In this document: one piece after another, positions 28,162-39,397 of the stretch
Position numbering within the stretch: the stretch's first letter is position 1
Layout: each line of letters opens with the position of its first letter
IMG/VR virus record: IMGVR_UViG_3300021407_000014
DNA from: an uncultured virus (IMG/VR IMGVR_UViG_3300021407_000014)
Lineage: Duplodnaviria > Heunggongvirae > Uroviricota > Caudoviricetes
Length of the DNA: 64,000 bases
Reading direction: 5' to 3' (one strand)
Program-made: the position numbers and the translations under genes
The notes under the pieces: model-generated
Databases searched by the model: none
The model's input: only the letters and a program-made list of their open reading frames with translations
Told to the model about the DNA's origin: nothing

Positions 28162-28704
28162 TCAGAACCCCGCTTTGCGGTCCGCCGCTCCGGGCCCAGG
28201 CTCAGGAGCGTTCGCGCCGAAGTCGAAGCTCACGTCGGACGCGCTCGCTCCTCCGCCGTTCTTCAGGCGCTCTTTCTCTTCTTTCTTCTTGAGTACGATG
28301 GCGCGCAGGCGCGCCGTCGCGTCCTGCTGCTCGGCGGGCGAGAGCGCGACGACTTTGCCGCCACGCTCGATGTCGTTGACGAACTGAACGCGCCTATGGG
28401 TCTTACCCTTGTAGGTCTCGTCGGCGACGACGATGTAGACCTCGTTGGTGCGCACGCTGGGGCCGAGGTCGCCCCCCTCGTGACTCTGTCCGTCCCAGCC
28501 CATCGCTGCGAGCGCTTCGCCCGTCCGCTCCTGAGACGTGTCTTTCACGAACCAGCCCGACCACTCGATGAGCTTACCTTGCTCGGGTCCGGGCTCTGTG
28601 ACTGCGAAGACGACTACGGCGGCGAGCGTGCCGGCGTCTCCGATCTTCGCCCATCGCGCGCTCGTTGCGCGCGCTCGAAATGTTCCGCATGCGATTTCAG
28701 ACAT
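28162..28704 (-). CDS. Putative ssDNA-binding protein (DUF669-like)
   Basis: Beta-rich, flexible tail ending in F; lies in the Sak4/exonuclease module. Confidence 0.5.
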   Translation of the reverse strand: MSEIACGTFRARATSARWAKIGDAGTLAAVVVFAVTEPGPEQGKLIEWSGWFVKDTSQERTGEALAAMGWDGQSHEGGDLGPSVRTNEVYIVVADETYKGKTHRRVQFVNDIERGGKVVALSPAEQQDATARLRAIVLKKKEEKERLKNGGGASASDVSFDFGANAPEPGPGAADRKAGF

Positions 28705-28856
28705 GTTCTTTCTCTTTCTCGTAACAGCGGGCATGCCCGCAGGATCGACAGTGGGTCAGGTTTTCTTTCGCGCAGCCCGTGAAGACCTTGCACTGGCAGC
28801 ACGTCCAGCCGAAGAGCAGCCCCTCGCGCGCGAGGCAGCTCGTCATGTTCTGGAGC

Positions 28857-30080
28857 TCAGGATGGAGAAGCGCTTCCATTGGGAGCGAGCTTCGCCGTGA
28901 GGGCTGCTTCTAGCTTCGTGAGCGACGGAACGTCTCCGCCAACCTGCTCGAGGAACTTCGCTGCCTGCGCCTCGAGAGCCGTGCCGCCTGCGAGCTTGAG
29001 GATGCGAGCCCGAAGGATCTCAGCAGACTCGACCGCGGACGGCACCACGGGCGCGGGCTGGGTTACTTGCCCGAGGGGAGCAGCCGGCGCCCCCTCGGGC
29101 TTTCGCCCTTCGGCCGCAACGGGCGCGCCTGTATCCGATCCACGCGCGTCCTTTGGCATCGGTTTACCATCCGGTGCCGAAGCTGATGTCTCCGCGAGTC
29201 TCTTCAAGAGCCCCTGCTCGACGGCGCGGAGCTTGATGGGATCGCCGTCGCACTGAGCGATGAACGCCTTCGCTTTCTCCGTGAACTCGGCGCTACTCTC
29301 GGCGAGCTTCAGGATGCGTGCGGTCAGCTCTTCGCCCGTCGCCCGGTTCGCTGCGATGGCCGCCGAGAGCTTCTCCCAGGAGAGAGGAAGCTTGGCCGGG
29401 AGACCGTACCTATTTTTGGCCTCGTAGCCTGAGCCGCGGACCGTGAATAGCAACCTATCCTTCGTAACGATCGCCCGGTTCTCTTTGACGTCGCGCTCCG
29501 CATCGAACGCCGCGAACGCGACGAGGTCACTCCAGCGCTGCGTGAGGGACCAGGGCTTTTTGCCAAGCTGCGCGGTCCATTGGTCGTAGGGGCCGAGGGT
29601 GGGGTCGAGCACTTGCTTCACGTGCGCGTGGCTGATGAGCACGACGTGCAGACCCTTCTTCCGAACCTCGTCGAGCTCCGCCAGAAAGACCTTCCATTCC
29701 TGACCAACAGCCGAGTGACCCGCGCCGTAGTCGTCGTTCATCTTGTCGAACGTCTTGCCGGCGGCCTCGGCCACGTGCACCTGGCAAAGCTCTTCGAGCG
29801 GGTCGACCGTGTCGATGGCCAGCGTCTGGTAGTCTCCGGGCGACCTCCCGATGTCGCGGATGAGCGCCATCGTTTCCTTCCAGCTTGCAGGACCCGGAAT
29901 CGCGTCGATCTTCACCTCGTCGGCTCCATGGTCGAAGTCGATCAAGACCGGCTTCGGCATGCTCGACGCGAACGTCGTCTTTCCGATTCCCGGCGGAGAG
30001 TAGAGCGTGATTCTGGGAGGAAGAATCTTCTTGTCTCCCGACCTGACCACTCGGTTCATCCACGTCGTCGCTTCAGCCAT
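28857..30080 (-). CDS. Sak4-like/AAA_24 P-loop recombination ATPase
   Basis: LYSPPGIGKTT, TLAIDTVD, VVLISH, EAKNRYGLP; start re-called at MAEATTW (AGGAG RBS). Confidence 0.85.
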   Translation of the reverse strand: MAEATTWMNRVVRSGDKKILPPRITLYSPPGIGKTTFASSMPKPVLIDFDHGADEVKIDAIPGPASWKETMALIRDIGRSPGDYQTLAIDTVDPLEELCQVHVAEAAGKTFDKMNDDYGAGHSAVGQEWKVFLAELDEVRKKGLHVVLISHAHVKQVLDPTLGPYDQWTAQLGKKPWSLTQRWSDLVAFAAFDAERDVKENRAIVTKDRLLFTVRGSGYEAKNRYGLPAKLPLSWEKLSAAIAANRATGEELTARILKLAESSAEFTEKAKAFIAQCDGDPIKLRAVEQGLLKRLAETSASAPDGKPMPKDARGSDTGAPVAAEGRKPEGAPAAPLGQVTQPAPVVPSAVESAEILRARILKLAGGTALEAQAAKFLEQVGGDVPSLTKLEAALTAKLAPNGSASPS

Positions 30081-30419
30081 GATCCTCTCCTGTATCTTCG
30101 TGCACGGGGCCCAGGCCCCCGGGCCTTCGTGAATTTCGTTGCACGTGTAGCAAAGCCTCACGCTCTCTTCGTCTTCGCGAGCTTGTCGAGCCTCTTCCTC
30201 GCGCGCTGCTCGATGAGCCGCGCCTCGAAGCCGTGACCGAGCGGCCCGGTGATCTGCTTCCACGCCACGCCCCCGACGCGCGCGCGCAGAGACACGAGCT
30301 GCCCTCCCACGGGCGACTCGGACACGCCCTTCAGCGCGCGCCCTACCACGGGCTGCATGATGCGCTTCACGTACGCGCGCAAACGGTTCGCTTCTTTTCG
30401 AGTGAGCTTCATGGGTCTC

Positions 30420-31325
30420 CTAGAATTCGAATTGCAGTTCTGTGGAAGCTGGCTTCGCCGGCTCCGGTGTCCCGTTCGCTTGCGCTTGCTGTCTCGGCGA
30501 CCCGAAGTACTTGTTGTCGAAGATGTCCCGACCGCCTTCGCAGACCTCGAAGTAGTCGCATTGCCGGCCCCACTTTGTGACGCACGCGTCCGGGTTCTTG
30601 GGCGCGTCGGGACCCATCTGCCGCGCCACCTGCATCAAGCGCACCGTCCCCGCGAGGTCCTTCATGTACGTCGCGTGCTCGTGCTCGAGGCGCACGATCA
30701 CGTGCCGCTGGAAGTAATGCGTCGGGCGCCCGGCGATGTCTTCCAAGACGCGCTGCTCGAACTCCTCGGGCGTCTCTTTCTTCTTGAGCCGGAGCTGCGG
30801 CTTGTGAATCGCGTCCCAGAGAATCTCGCCGCGCTCCCAGCCCATCTTCTTGACGGCGGTGAGATAGACCGTCGGCTGCGGGTCCAGGTGCTGGATGCGT
30901 CGCCAGTACAGGCTCCCCGGCGCGATGTCTTCGCTCGTCGACTTGCACTCGAGGATCGCTCGGTGCCCCGTCTCGCGCACGTGGCCCACGGCGTCGAACT
31001 CGCCCTTCACCTGCGCCCCCGAGATGGTCACCTGGAAGCGCACTCCCGCGCGCTCGCACTCGAAGAGCGTATCCGGCATCCCCCAGTACGCGACGTAGCC
31101 CTGCATGAGCGCGCGCTCCTGGGGCTCGAGACCTTCCAGGTCAAGAACGCCCTCGCCGTGGATCTTCTTGAGCTTGGCGTCGAGGCGCGAGCCCACCTGG
31201 AGCGCGAGGGCCTTGATGAGGGGAACGCGCCAAAGCGTGTAGTGATAGAAGTGCTCGCGCGGGCACCTGCGGAAGACCGCGGCCTCGGTGTGCGAGACGA
31301 CTTCGATGCCGGCACGGAGGCTCAT
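30420..31325 (-). CDS. PD-(D/E)XK exonuclease (RecB/Cas4-like)
   Basis: FRRCPR, GEFDAV..ILECKS, Q..VY, terminal C..CDYFEVC. Confidence 0.8.
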   Translation of the reverse strand: MSLRAGIEVVSHTEAAVFRRCPREHFYHYTLWRVPLIKALALQVGSRLDAKLKKIHGEGVLDLEGLEPQERALMQGYVAYWGMPDTLFECERAGVRFQVTISGAQVKGEFDAVGHVRETGHRAILECKSTSEDIAPGSLYWRRIQHLDPQPTVYLTAVKKMGWERGEILWDAIHKPQLRLKKKETPEEFEQRVLEDIAGRPTHYFQRHVIVRLEHEHATYMKDLAGTVRLMQVARQMGPDAPKNPDACVTKWGRQCDYFEVCEGGRDIFDNKYFGSPRQQAQANGTPEPAKPASTELQFEF

Positions 31326-31648
31326 GGGTTGGAACCAAGCTTCTTTTTTTCCATTGGCCGGAGATCGACGCCTTCAACAAGGAGCCATCCCTCGGTCCAA
31401 TTGTCAGTTTCCTCACAAAATTTATATACGTTCCCGTTGGCCGTAACGGCATACAGCCGCCAATCGCCGCCGTCCTCTTCCTTCTGAAAAGCAATCTGAA
31501 CTATATTATGATCATCCTCGACCAAAAAATCGGACCATTCAGTCGCGATCTTGAGTAGCGCATCTGCCTTTTCTGCCACATTTTCTTCATGAGCATAGAC
31601 AAGCAGGGCACGGTGAAAGAACTCGATACGCGTCATCTTGGGCTCCAA
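31322..31648 (-). CDS. Hypothetical protein (lower GC)
   Basis: Coupled ORF; visibly AT-richer codons. Confidence 0.45.
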   Translation of the reverse strand: MEPKMTRIEFFHRALLVYAHEENVAEKADALLKIATEWSDFLVEDDHNIVQIAFQKEEDGGDWRLYAVTANGNVYKFCEETDNWTEGWLLVEGVDLRPMEKKKLGSNP

Positions 31649-31763
31649 GTCTCCCGTCGACCATTTCCATCGCGCATCCAGTACGCTCCGCGCCGGGCCC
31701 AGTAGAAGAACCAGCCCTCTCGGACGTTCGCTGCGAGCATCATCCGGTAGAACCAGGGCAGAC

Positions 31764-31982
31764 TCACGGATTCACCTTCATCTTCTCCGCGAGCGCCTTG
31801 AGCTTCGCGTAGTGAGGCTCGAGCTCCGAGACGTCTTCCAGCAGCATCGCGACGCAGCGCGCGCGCTCGTAGCGCTCGGAGCACGGTTCCTTGAGCGGCT
31901 TCTTCTTCCAGTCGGTGCACGGGCGCCCGACGGCCGAGAGGCACTCGGGACACTGCACGGTGAGGGCGTCGCGCTCGGTCAT
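31764..31982 (-). CDS. Small Zn-finger protein
   Basis: VQCPECLSAVGRPC. Confidence 0.5.
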   Translation of the reverse strand: MTERDALTVQCPECLSAVGRPCTDWKKKPLKEPCSERYERARCVAMLLEDVSELEPHYAKLKALAEKMKVNP

Positions 31983-32679
31983 GGCTCGCTCTTGCGATCG
32001 ATGGAGGTCGAGACGACGACAAGTCCGGTGTCGACCACATCTCCAACACGGTCGACCGCCTCGGTCAGCTCACGCACCTCGTCGGCGAGCAGCAGGATGC
32101 AGCGAGCGAGAAGCTTCACATGCGGCGGAAACGGACCGCACTCTTCCCAGCCGCGCGGGACAGGGATGCCGTCTCGGTCCACCGGCGCATGTCCCAGCTC
32201 CGCGAGCATGGGATCCAACTTCTCTGAAGGCTTCGGATCTCTCATCGGAGGAAGTTGATCGGGTGCCCCTGGAGACCCATGAGCGCGACGAGCGTGCCGC
32301 AGAAGAGAAAGATTCTTCCCATCTCGGCGAACTTCGAATTCGACGAGAACATCATGAACGCGCCGACGAGCGCGACGAGGAGGGGGATGGTGATGGTCAT
32401 TGTTTAGCCTTTCTTATGCTTCCCAGTGGTCGCCCAAAAAAGTCACGCCCCCCGGCGCGAACGCACAGCACGCGATGCCCTCGGCGAGCGCGTTGAATGC
32501 GCGCGCGGTCTCGCCCTTCACTCGTGACTTGAATTGAATCACGTCGCCCTTCTCGGCGATGACCTGCGAGAGCTCATGAGCGCGCGCGACCACGTCTTCG
32601 CGCGCCTGCTCACGGAGGCGCAAGATCCAGAGAGGGACCGCGGCCTGGAGGGAGATGCGGAGAAGAGACTCGCGCTCTT

Positions 32680-32943
32680 TCATCTGTCCCAGCTCTTCCC
32701 GGCCTTGACCGCGGCTAGGAGTTCGCCCCGGTGCTCCTCACGCCACGCTTCCATCGCGTCGGCGCACTCGAAGGCTTCCTGCACCTTCGCCTGGTCTTCG
32801 CCCGCGGCGCGGCGCGCGTAGGCCCACGAGCGCACGAGCGCGGGCGCGTGCTTGTCGCGCGCGAGGAGAACGAACATCGGCTCGTCGGGCTCGGCTCGCG
32901 AGTAGCAGTCGAACTTTGATGGGTTCAGCTTCGAGTTCTTCAT
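32680..32943 (-). CDS. Phage hypothetical protein
   Basis: DEPMFVLLARDKHAPALVRSWA; coupled to neighbouring ORFs. Confidence 0.55.
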   Translation of the reverse strand: MKNSKLNPSKFDCYSRAEPDEPMFVLLARDKHAPALVRSWAYARRAAGEDQAKVQEAFECADAMEAWREEHRGELLAAVKAGKSWDR

Positions 32944-33577
32944 CGCACCACCCTCAAGCGGTTCTCGTTGCGCTGTTCCTCAACGTCCTCTCCGACGCTC
33001 CCCCAGAGGTAGAGCGTGTCGATCTCGTCGCAGCGCGCTTCGAGCGTTGCCAGGCGCAGCCCGACTTGGACAAGGTCATCGCGATCGTCGTTGATCTCGA
33101 CCTCAACGATGGCCGGCGCGTCGTCCGGCAATCCCTTCATCGCGCGGCGCAGGTCGCCGACGGTCATTCGCTTGTGCTCCTTCATTTGTCGTCTCTCCTC
33201 GCGCCTCACGTGTGAAAGCGACGCGCCCCAACTGCCTCGCCCCAAGTAGCACGTCACTTGTATCGCGCGCAACGCATTTCTTGATGCGCGAATTTTCTCA
33301 CTCGAAGCTCGACCAGACTCTGAACAAGAGAACGCGAGCTTGCACGCGCGTGTTCACGTGACGCGTGAGGTAGAGCTCGCGCGATGCGAAGCAAACTTCT
33401 TGCTTCGCGAAAACGGATCGGGCAGAGAGGGAGACTTCCGGGTTGCGGTTCTGAAGCGGTTGCATCGGCGGTCGGCCCCCATCGCACCTCCCGTGCAACC
33501 ACTTCAGAATCGGAAAGCCCAGAAGGAGGCAACGGGGCCGTGTCTCAAGGGTTTTCTTTGCTCTCGCGTGAGAGCGT

Positions 33578-35461
33578 ATGATGCAGGAGCGTCGACCGCC
33601 GGATGAGCCGGGTACTACGCCTGAGCTCTCTGGAGTCATCGGTCGACCGCCCCCCTTCGACGCCGACGCCGAGGGTGCCGTGCTCGCGTCCTGTCTCTTG
33701 AACGAAGAGATCGTTCCTGAAGTCGTTCAGCGCATCCGTCCCGGTGACTTCTACTCCGAGCGCCACGCGCGCATGTACGAGGGAATCCTCGAGCTCTACA
33801 CCGACCGACGGCCCATCAACATCGTCAGCCTCGGCACGCTGCTGAAAGACAAGGGGCGCATCGCGCAGGTGGGGGGCATGGGCTACCTCACCGAGGTCCT
33901 GGCCAGCGTCCCCGCCGTCCGCGCGCGCGACGTGATCGACTACTGCGCGACCGTGCGCTCGAAGGCGCGGATTCGAAGGTTCATCGCGACGACGCAGCGG
34001 CTCACAGCCGAGGCGTACCTCGAGACGGGGGACACGGACGCGTTCCTGAAGCGCGCGGGGGAGGCGGTTCAGGAGGGGCTCCAAGAAGACCGCTCCCCCG
34101 ACGTCTCCATCGCCAGTACGCTCGAGGACTCGATGGCGCGCGCGGTGCGCCGGCAGACGGGCGAAGAGATGCCCATCCCCCTGCCCTGGCCGTCGCTCAA
34201 GTCGCACTTCGGCGGCGGACTCTGGCCCGGAGTGCATTTCATCAACTCGACGACCGGCATCGGAAAGACCGCCTGGGCGCTCCAGGTCGCCCTGGGTGCT
34301 GCGAAGTCGGGGGTTCCCGTCGCCTACGTCGCCCTCGAGCTCGAGCCCTTCCAACTCGACATGCGGCTCCTCGGCGACACCGCGGGGGTGCCCTGGTCGA
34401 ACGCGTACACGGGGCAGGTCTCGAACGACGAACTCCTGCGCATGACTTCGGTGATCGATCAGCTAAAAGGGCTCCCCTTCCGGGCGGTCTTCGGCGAACC
34501 CCAGGGGTGGGCCGCGAGCAGGCTGAAAGAAGTGGGGGAGCGCCTCCGGCGCGATTACCCCGAGACCAACGGTCCTGGCTCGCGCCCCCTCCTGCTCATT
34601 CTTGATTTCCTTCAGATTATTGGCGAGGAAGAAGACGCCAAACGCTCGCAGGAGACCAAGGATCGCATCAGCAGGGCTTCGTACATCGCTCGGTACCTGG
34701 CCGCGAGACTCAACCTGGTTGTTCTTGTGATTTCAAGCGTTTCCCGAGAGAAAGCGAAGCTTCTCTCGAAGGAAGCCGAGAAGTGCCTGGCGTACAGGAC
34801 CGACGATGATGGTCGGCCCATTCGTCGCAAGCTCATGGTTTCCGAGGAGCTCATCGGCACAGGTAAAGAGTCCGGAGACATTGAGTATTCTGGTGACTCT
34901 GTGAGCGTCATCTTCCGCGTCGAGACCGAGGGAGCCGGAGCGCTCGACACGAACACCATCTTCGCGACCGTGAAGGGGCGCGCGACCGGGCCGCGATGGA
35001 GCCCCATGGTTTTCACCGACTTCCGCTACGTCGAGCCCCCCGACGGGGGCGCTTCCTGGGTCGCTGCGCAGGAAGACGCCAAGAACAAGAAGGAGACCGC
35101 GAAGGCGGAGAGAGCTGCTCGTGCCGATGCAGCTAAGGCCACGAAAGAAGCCTTGAAAGCAGCTACGGCTGCGAAAAAAGTCACAGACAAGGAGAACGAG
35201 GATCGCGCCAAGCGCGACGCGGTTGTGCGCGATACCGTCGCCGTCGTTCGGTACATTCTCGATCAGACTTCGCCTCCAAGTGTTCGAACAGTAAGAGAAG
35301 AATTACTGAGCGACAGCAGCACTAGGTGGGACAAGGTCCAGAAGGAGCTGAAAGAGAGCGGTAGTCTCATCTCGACAGCTAGGAGGGGAATATCGGCCTT
35401 ACTTCGTGTCGATGTAAGTAAGCTTCCTACCATAATTCGGGAGAAGTTAGATGCGAAGTGA
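33578..35461 (+). CDS. dnaB: DnaB-like replicative helicase (divergent C-terminus)
   Basis: N-terminal PPFDADAEGAVLAS...DFYSERH; Walker A STTGIGKT; LLLILDFLQII; KESGDIEY. Confidence 0.85.
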   Translation: MMQERRPPDEPGTTPELSGVIGRPPPFDADAEGAVLASCLLNEEIVPEVVQRIRPGDFYSERHARMYEGILELYTDRRPINIVSLGTLLKDKGRIAQVGGMGYLTEVLASVPAVRARDVIDYCATVRSKARIRRFIATTQRLTAEAYLETGDTDAFLKRAGEAVQEGLQEDRSPDVSIASTLEDSMARAVRRQTGEEMPIPLPWPSLKSHFGGGLWPGVHFINSTTGIGKTAWALQVALGAAKSGVPVAYVALELEPFQLDMRLLGDTAGVPWSNAYTGQVSNDELLRMTSVIDQLKGLPFRAVFGEPQGWAASRLKEVGERLRRDYPETNGPGSRPLLLILDFLQIIGEEEDAKRSQETKDRISRASYIARYLAARLNLVVLVISSVSREKAKLLSKEAEKCLAYRTDDDGRPIRRKLMVSEELIGTGKESGDIEYSGDSVSVIFRVETEGAGALDTNTIFATVKGRATGPRWSPMVFTDFRYVEPPDGGASWVAAQEDAKNKKETAKAERAARADAAKATKEALKAATAAKKVTDKENEDRAKRDAVVRDTVAVVRYILDQTSPPSVRTVREELLSDSSTRWDKVQKELKESGSLISTARRGISALLRVDVSKLPTIIREKLDAK

Positions 35462-35469
35462 GATTCGCA

Positions 35470-35631
35470 GTGTGGATGGTGTGGATGGTGTGGATAGGCA
35501 TGCTCGATTTCAGAACCTCTCCTCCACACTTCACGTCTTGAGGAGGGAGGTGTGGAGGGTGTGGAGGCACGAAACGAAATCCAAACACAGAGTGTTTGGT
35601 TTCGTGCTCCACACCTCCACACCCTCCCTCC
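35470..35631. repeat. GTGTGGA direct/inverted repeats plus ~90-bp imperfect palindrome
   Basis: GTGTGGA at 35470, 35479, 35488, 35550, 35559; TCCACAC at 35523, 35608, 35616; centre CCAAACAC-AGA-GTGTTTGG. Confidence 0.8.
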
Positions 35632-35811
35632 ACGGTGGGGCAAAAAATCCCAGACAACTTTTCCTCGCTCGCAGCTTCTTACGAAGCCGTCCACACTGCG
35701 AAACATCTGACGCAGTCTTGGCCTCGATAGCTGGACGTGGTAGCTGGGAATGAAGAAGCCGGGCGCCCCTCGCAAGGGCCCCGGCTTGGCAGGGCGAGGA
35801 GGCCCCACGGG

Positions 35812-36582
35812 ATGAAAGTAACACGATCCTGTTCGTACTGCTCTCGGGCTGACCGGCCCATTCATCTTGACCACGTGGTTCCGCGCTCGCGGGGCGGTCC
35901 AGACGCGCCACGCAACCTCGTCACGGCCTGCGAGAGCTGCAACATGGCCAAGGGGGACTTGCTACCTTCGGAATGGCTGAGCGAGGTCCCACCCTGGATC
36001 CAGGAGATCGAAGCGAGAGTTTGCGCGAGCGTCGAGAGGCAAATCGGTAGGAACGTCGCAGAGCGGAAGAGGTACCGAGAGGCCAAGAGGAATCGTTCTC
36101 GTTCAAAGCATCGTTGCTACTTCTGCGGGAAACCGTTCGAGTTTGCTGAAGACTGTACGGTTCAGGTCGTGGACCAAGAAGTGGGGCCTCCGTTCGGGGA
36201 GCAGCCCTTCATTCGAATCAACGAGCGAGGCAATCAGGAGTTTGCCGGAGTGCTCGCGTATCCTGGAACGGCGCTCGCTGGGTTTCGGCCCGTTGGGAGG
36301 TGGAAAGAGGGCCGGAGACTGGTTTTGCTAAGTCATTTCGAGTGCGGGAAAGAACAGGCGGATGGTTACTGGTTTCCGCTGACCGAGTGTTGGCGAACGG
36401 TGGACGAGGACGGGAACTGGTTCGCGACAGGCAAATCCGCCACCGAAGTCCAGCGGGCAGGGTGCTTCCAACTCCACGTGGCCGCGAAGCCGTGGGGAGG
36501 AGGTTTCGTCGATTTCAATCGCCTACGTTCGATTTTATCCGACCTCCCGAAGGAGCCGTCATGCCCAACCCCATCCCGATGA
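35812..36582 (+). CDS. HNH endonuclease-domain protein
   Basis: CSYC..LDHVVPRSRGG...NLVTACESCNMAKG; GAGGAGG RBS before ATG at 35812. Confidence 0.85.
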   Translation: MKVTRSCSYCSRADRPIHLDHVVPRSRGGPDAPRNLVTACESCNMAKGDLLPSEWLSEVPPWIQEIEARVCASVERQIGRNVAERKRYREAKRNRSRSKHRCYFCGKPFEFAEDCTVQVVDQEVGPPFGEQPFIRINERGNQEFAGVLAYPGTALAGFRPVGRWKEGRRLVLLSHFECGKEQADGYWFPLTECWRTVDEDGNWFATGKSATEVQRAGCFQLHVAAKPWGGGFVDFNRLRSILSDLPKEPSCPTPSR

Positions 36583-37411
36583 CCGACGAGCAGATCCAGC
36601 AATACTGGAACGAGAAGGAGTACAGCCTGGCGTCGCGGGGCGACCCGAACCCCATCGTGCGCCAACCCGACAACCACGACTACGGGCCCTACCGGGTCCT
36701 CCGGCGCGCGGACGGCCTCTGTGCCGTCCTCGACACGCGCGAGACGGTTCCCCCCTGGCCGCTTGTGTTCCGGCGCGAGAGAGAGGCGCGTGAGGCCGCT
36801 GGCATCCTTTGGGAAGGGGGGTCGCTGTGAGCCGCTCCGGACTCTGCCGCGCTGAGCTCGCCAAGCGCGACCTCGAGCGCGACGCCTACAGTGTAGGTGC
36901 AATCACGGTTCACTGCCCCCGGTGCGCGTCGGTGCCCGGGGCGCGCTGCTCGAGCGACGAGCGGGACGGCTGGTGCCCCGAGCGCGTGCAGCTCGCGCGG
37001 GACGTGCGCTGGCTCCGGGAGCGGGCGGAGGCGACCAATCGCCCGTCGCTCGTGTTTGCCGCCCTCGACCTCGCCAAGGGAGAAGACCCATGAGCGACAT
37101 CAGCGATCGGGACCAGGAATGGAAGCGGGCGCTCCGCCCGCCCGGCTTCGCGCCGGACGCGTGGGACAGCGCTGGGCCGAGGAACCCCGAAGAGGCGCGG
37201 GTCTTCGTGGAAGAGACCGCGCGGGCGGGCGACGAGTACAGCGCCGCTCTTCGGGCCGAGCTGGAGCTAGCGACCAACGTGATCTTGAAGGCGCGCGTCG
37301 TGGTGCTGGCCGCGCTGCCCAGCCCGGCCGACCAAGGACACGATATGCAGTCCATTCGCCGGACGGCAGCCGAGGATCTTGTCGCGGCGCTCGAGGCCTG
37401 GGACAAACGTG

Positions 37412-37440
37412 TTGCGATACGCGCGACGTGCGAGTAGGAT
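37412..37440 (+). promoter_or_regulatory. Conserved promoter, copy 1
   Basis: TTGCGA-17 nt-TAGGAT; ATG at 37448. Confidence 0.7.
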
Positions 37441-37447
37441 GGGATGA

Positions 37448-37579
37448 ATGAAGCTCGCGGTCCCGCCCATCTCCCTTCCGTGTCCGACGTGCGGGGCGCC
37501 AGCGGGTCAGCCGTGCAGCCCGGCTCCGGTGGAGCACTTCGCTCGCAAGGTTGCGGCGCAGAAGAAATCGGTCAATTAG
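37448..37579 (+). CDS. 43-aa Zn-finger protein (below ORF-track cutoff)
   Basis: MKLAVPPISLPCPTCGAPAGQPC. Confidence 0.5.
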   Translation: MKLAVPPISLPCPTCGAPAGQPCSPAPVEHFARKVAAQKKSVN

Positions 37580-38460
37580 CCGCGGAGGAAATGTGCGCGA
37601 GGTGAAAACGATGAAGAGAGACCCAGAGAACAAGTGGGAAGTGGTGATACCGGAACAGAGGTTGTGCGTGGCCTCTTCAAGGGAGGAAGCGCGTCAAGCG
37701 GCACTCGCTGTCTTGAAAGGGACGTCGGTGAAGTTCGAGGTCGGGTACCGAACGCACGGACCTGAGCGGTGCTGGTGTGGCGATGATCACAGTCCCTAAA
37801 ATGCGCGCGATGAAAGGGTAGACGGCGGTGGACTACGTGGATGAGGACGAAGCTGCGCCGTACGGGGAGCCCAGCGGCACTTGTGATTGGGGCGGATGCA
37901 ATGAGGTGGCGACGAGGTGGCGGTGGTCAGTGCGGTGCGGATGGCTGCCCGTGTGCGAACGGTGCTCGGTAAAGCCGAGCGACGGAACGGACGAATGGGA
38001 CGAATGACCCGTGCGCGCGGAGCGGGAGAGGACGGACGATGTCTGAAGAGAGATGTTCCAAGTGCGGTCGATCCCGACCCATCGTTATCGCCGACCCCAC
38101 GTGCTGGAAGGGCGGGTACTGCGAATGGCGACTCCGCCATTCTCAAGGACGGGACGTGATGCCGAAAGACATCTTCAACGTCGCGAGCGTCGATGTCGTT
38201 CGGATGAAGGACCTCATCGGCGGCGTGCGATGGGTGCAGCTTCGTTTCCATCACACGGCCGCGAACAGTCCGCTCATCGTGCAGATGCCCGAGCATGCAT
38301 GGGCAGCGGGGAAGCTGACTCGAGAAGCTTGAACCCGCGCCCGACCTGGGGTAGCTTCCTCCCCTAACCAAAAAGAGCGATTCAGCCGCCGTCGCCCCGG
38401 TCCTCCGTCCCCAACGCGAGCCTCCGGGGCGCGGTTTTTTGTGCATCTCACGCGACGCTC

Positions 38461-38489
38461 TTGCGATACATGCGAAGTGCGGCTAGGCT
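38461..38489 (+). promoter_or_regulatory. Conserved promoter, copy 2
   Basis: TTGCGA-17 nt-TAGGCT; ATG at 38499. Confidence 0.7.
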
Positions 38490-38498
38490 ACCCGGGAC

Positions 38499-38852
38499 AT
38501 GACCAAGACCGAAGACCAGGGCACCGCGCCCCCGTTCTGCATTCGCTTCCGCGTCGAAGACTTGAAGCTCGTGCGCTCCGCCGCGGAGCGCGAGGGCGAG
38601 CTCGCAACCGTCTGGACCCGGGAAGCGGGCCTGGCGCGCGCAGCGGCCCTTACGAGCGACCAGCGCGTACGCAAGATCGACTTCGAAGCGCCCTCGAAGG
38701 GGACGCTGGGCGAGGGCCTCTCGATTCGCCTGAGGAAAGATGACCTCGAGGTCCTGCGCAAGGCTGCGAGCCAGGAGAAGTGCGTGCTCGGGACGTGGCT
38801 CCGGGCTATCGCGATCGACCGCGCTCGGCGCGTGCTGGGGAAGGCGGCGTAG
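38499..38852 (+). CDS. Tandem RHH-like DNA-binding protein
   Basis: Two repeats: FCIRFRVEDLKLVRSAA..LATVWTRE and LSIRLRKDDLEVLRKAA..LGTWLRA. Confidence 0.6.
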   Translation: MTKTEDQGTAPPFCIRFRVEDLKLVRSAAEREGELATVWTREAGLARAAALTSDQRVRKIDFEAPSKGTLGEGLSIRLRKDDLEVLRKAASQEKCVLGTWLRAIAIDRARRVLGKAA

Positions 38853-39397
38853 AGTGAACAAAGCTCGAAGACGACGTTCAAAGCGAGCGGCGCGAAAGAA
38901 GCGCTGGGATCTCACGGTTGCAACTGCCTTGATCAAGACGGCCTTCCAGGAGAAGAAGATCGAGTACGTGCAATGGGCCTCGGAGCTGAAGGTGTGATCC
39001 GTCCCTCCCTCTTCCGCGACCTCGCGCGCGTGTGCCGGACCGACGCAGAGCACTCTCCGAGCATGGCGCAGTGGGACCATCTTCACGAGGTCGCGCAGCG
39101 CTGGGACGCGCGCGCGGACGCGCTCGAAGAAGAGATGCTCTTGGGATCGGACGGGAGATACCTAGGGGCGCTGCTGGTGGGCTGATGCCAGTTTTACCCG
39201 GAAGCGTCGTCCGGCGCGCCATTGACGATCCGGTCATATGCAGGTACATCGAGCGCCTTCGAGAACGCGAGGCGATGAACCGCAGGACTGCGGCCGCGCA
39301 TCAGGACCCGCAGGCGCGCCGTAACGCGCAGATTCGCGCCGACGCGTACGCGATGGCGCTCTTGGATCTCGAGATCATCGCGAGAGACAGTTAGTCC

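Noticed and set aside
30420..31325. Cas4 as an adaptation module for the array
   Set aside because: It is 8 kb away, within a standard exonuclease-Sak4-SSB recombination module, and no cas1/cas2 was recognised.
38330..38445. Possible terminator or small RNA ending CCGGGGCGCGGTTTTTT
   Set aside because: The stem has a long irregular loop; plausible as a terminator but not supportable further.
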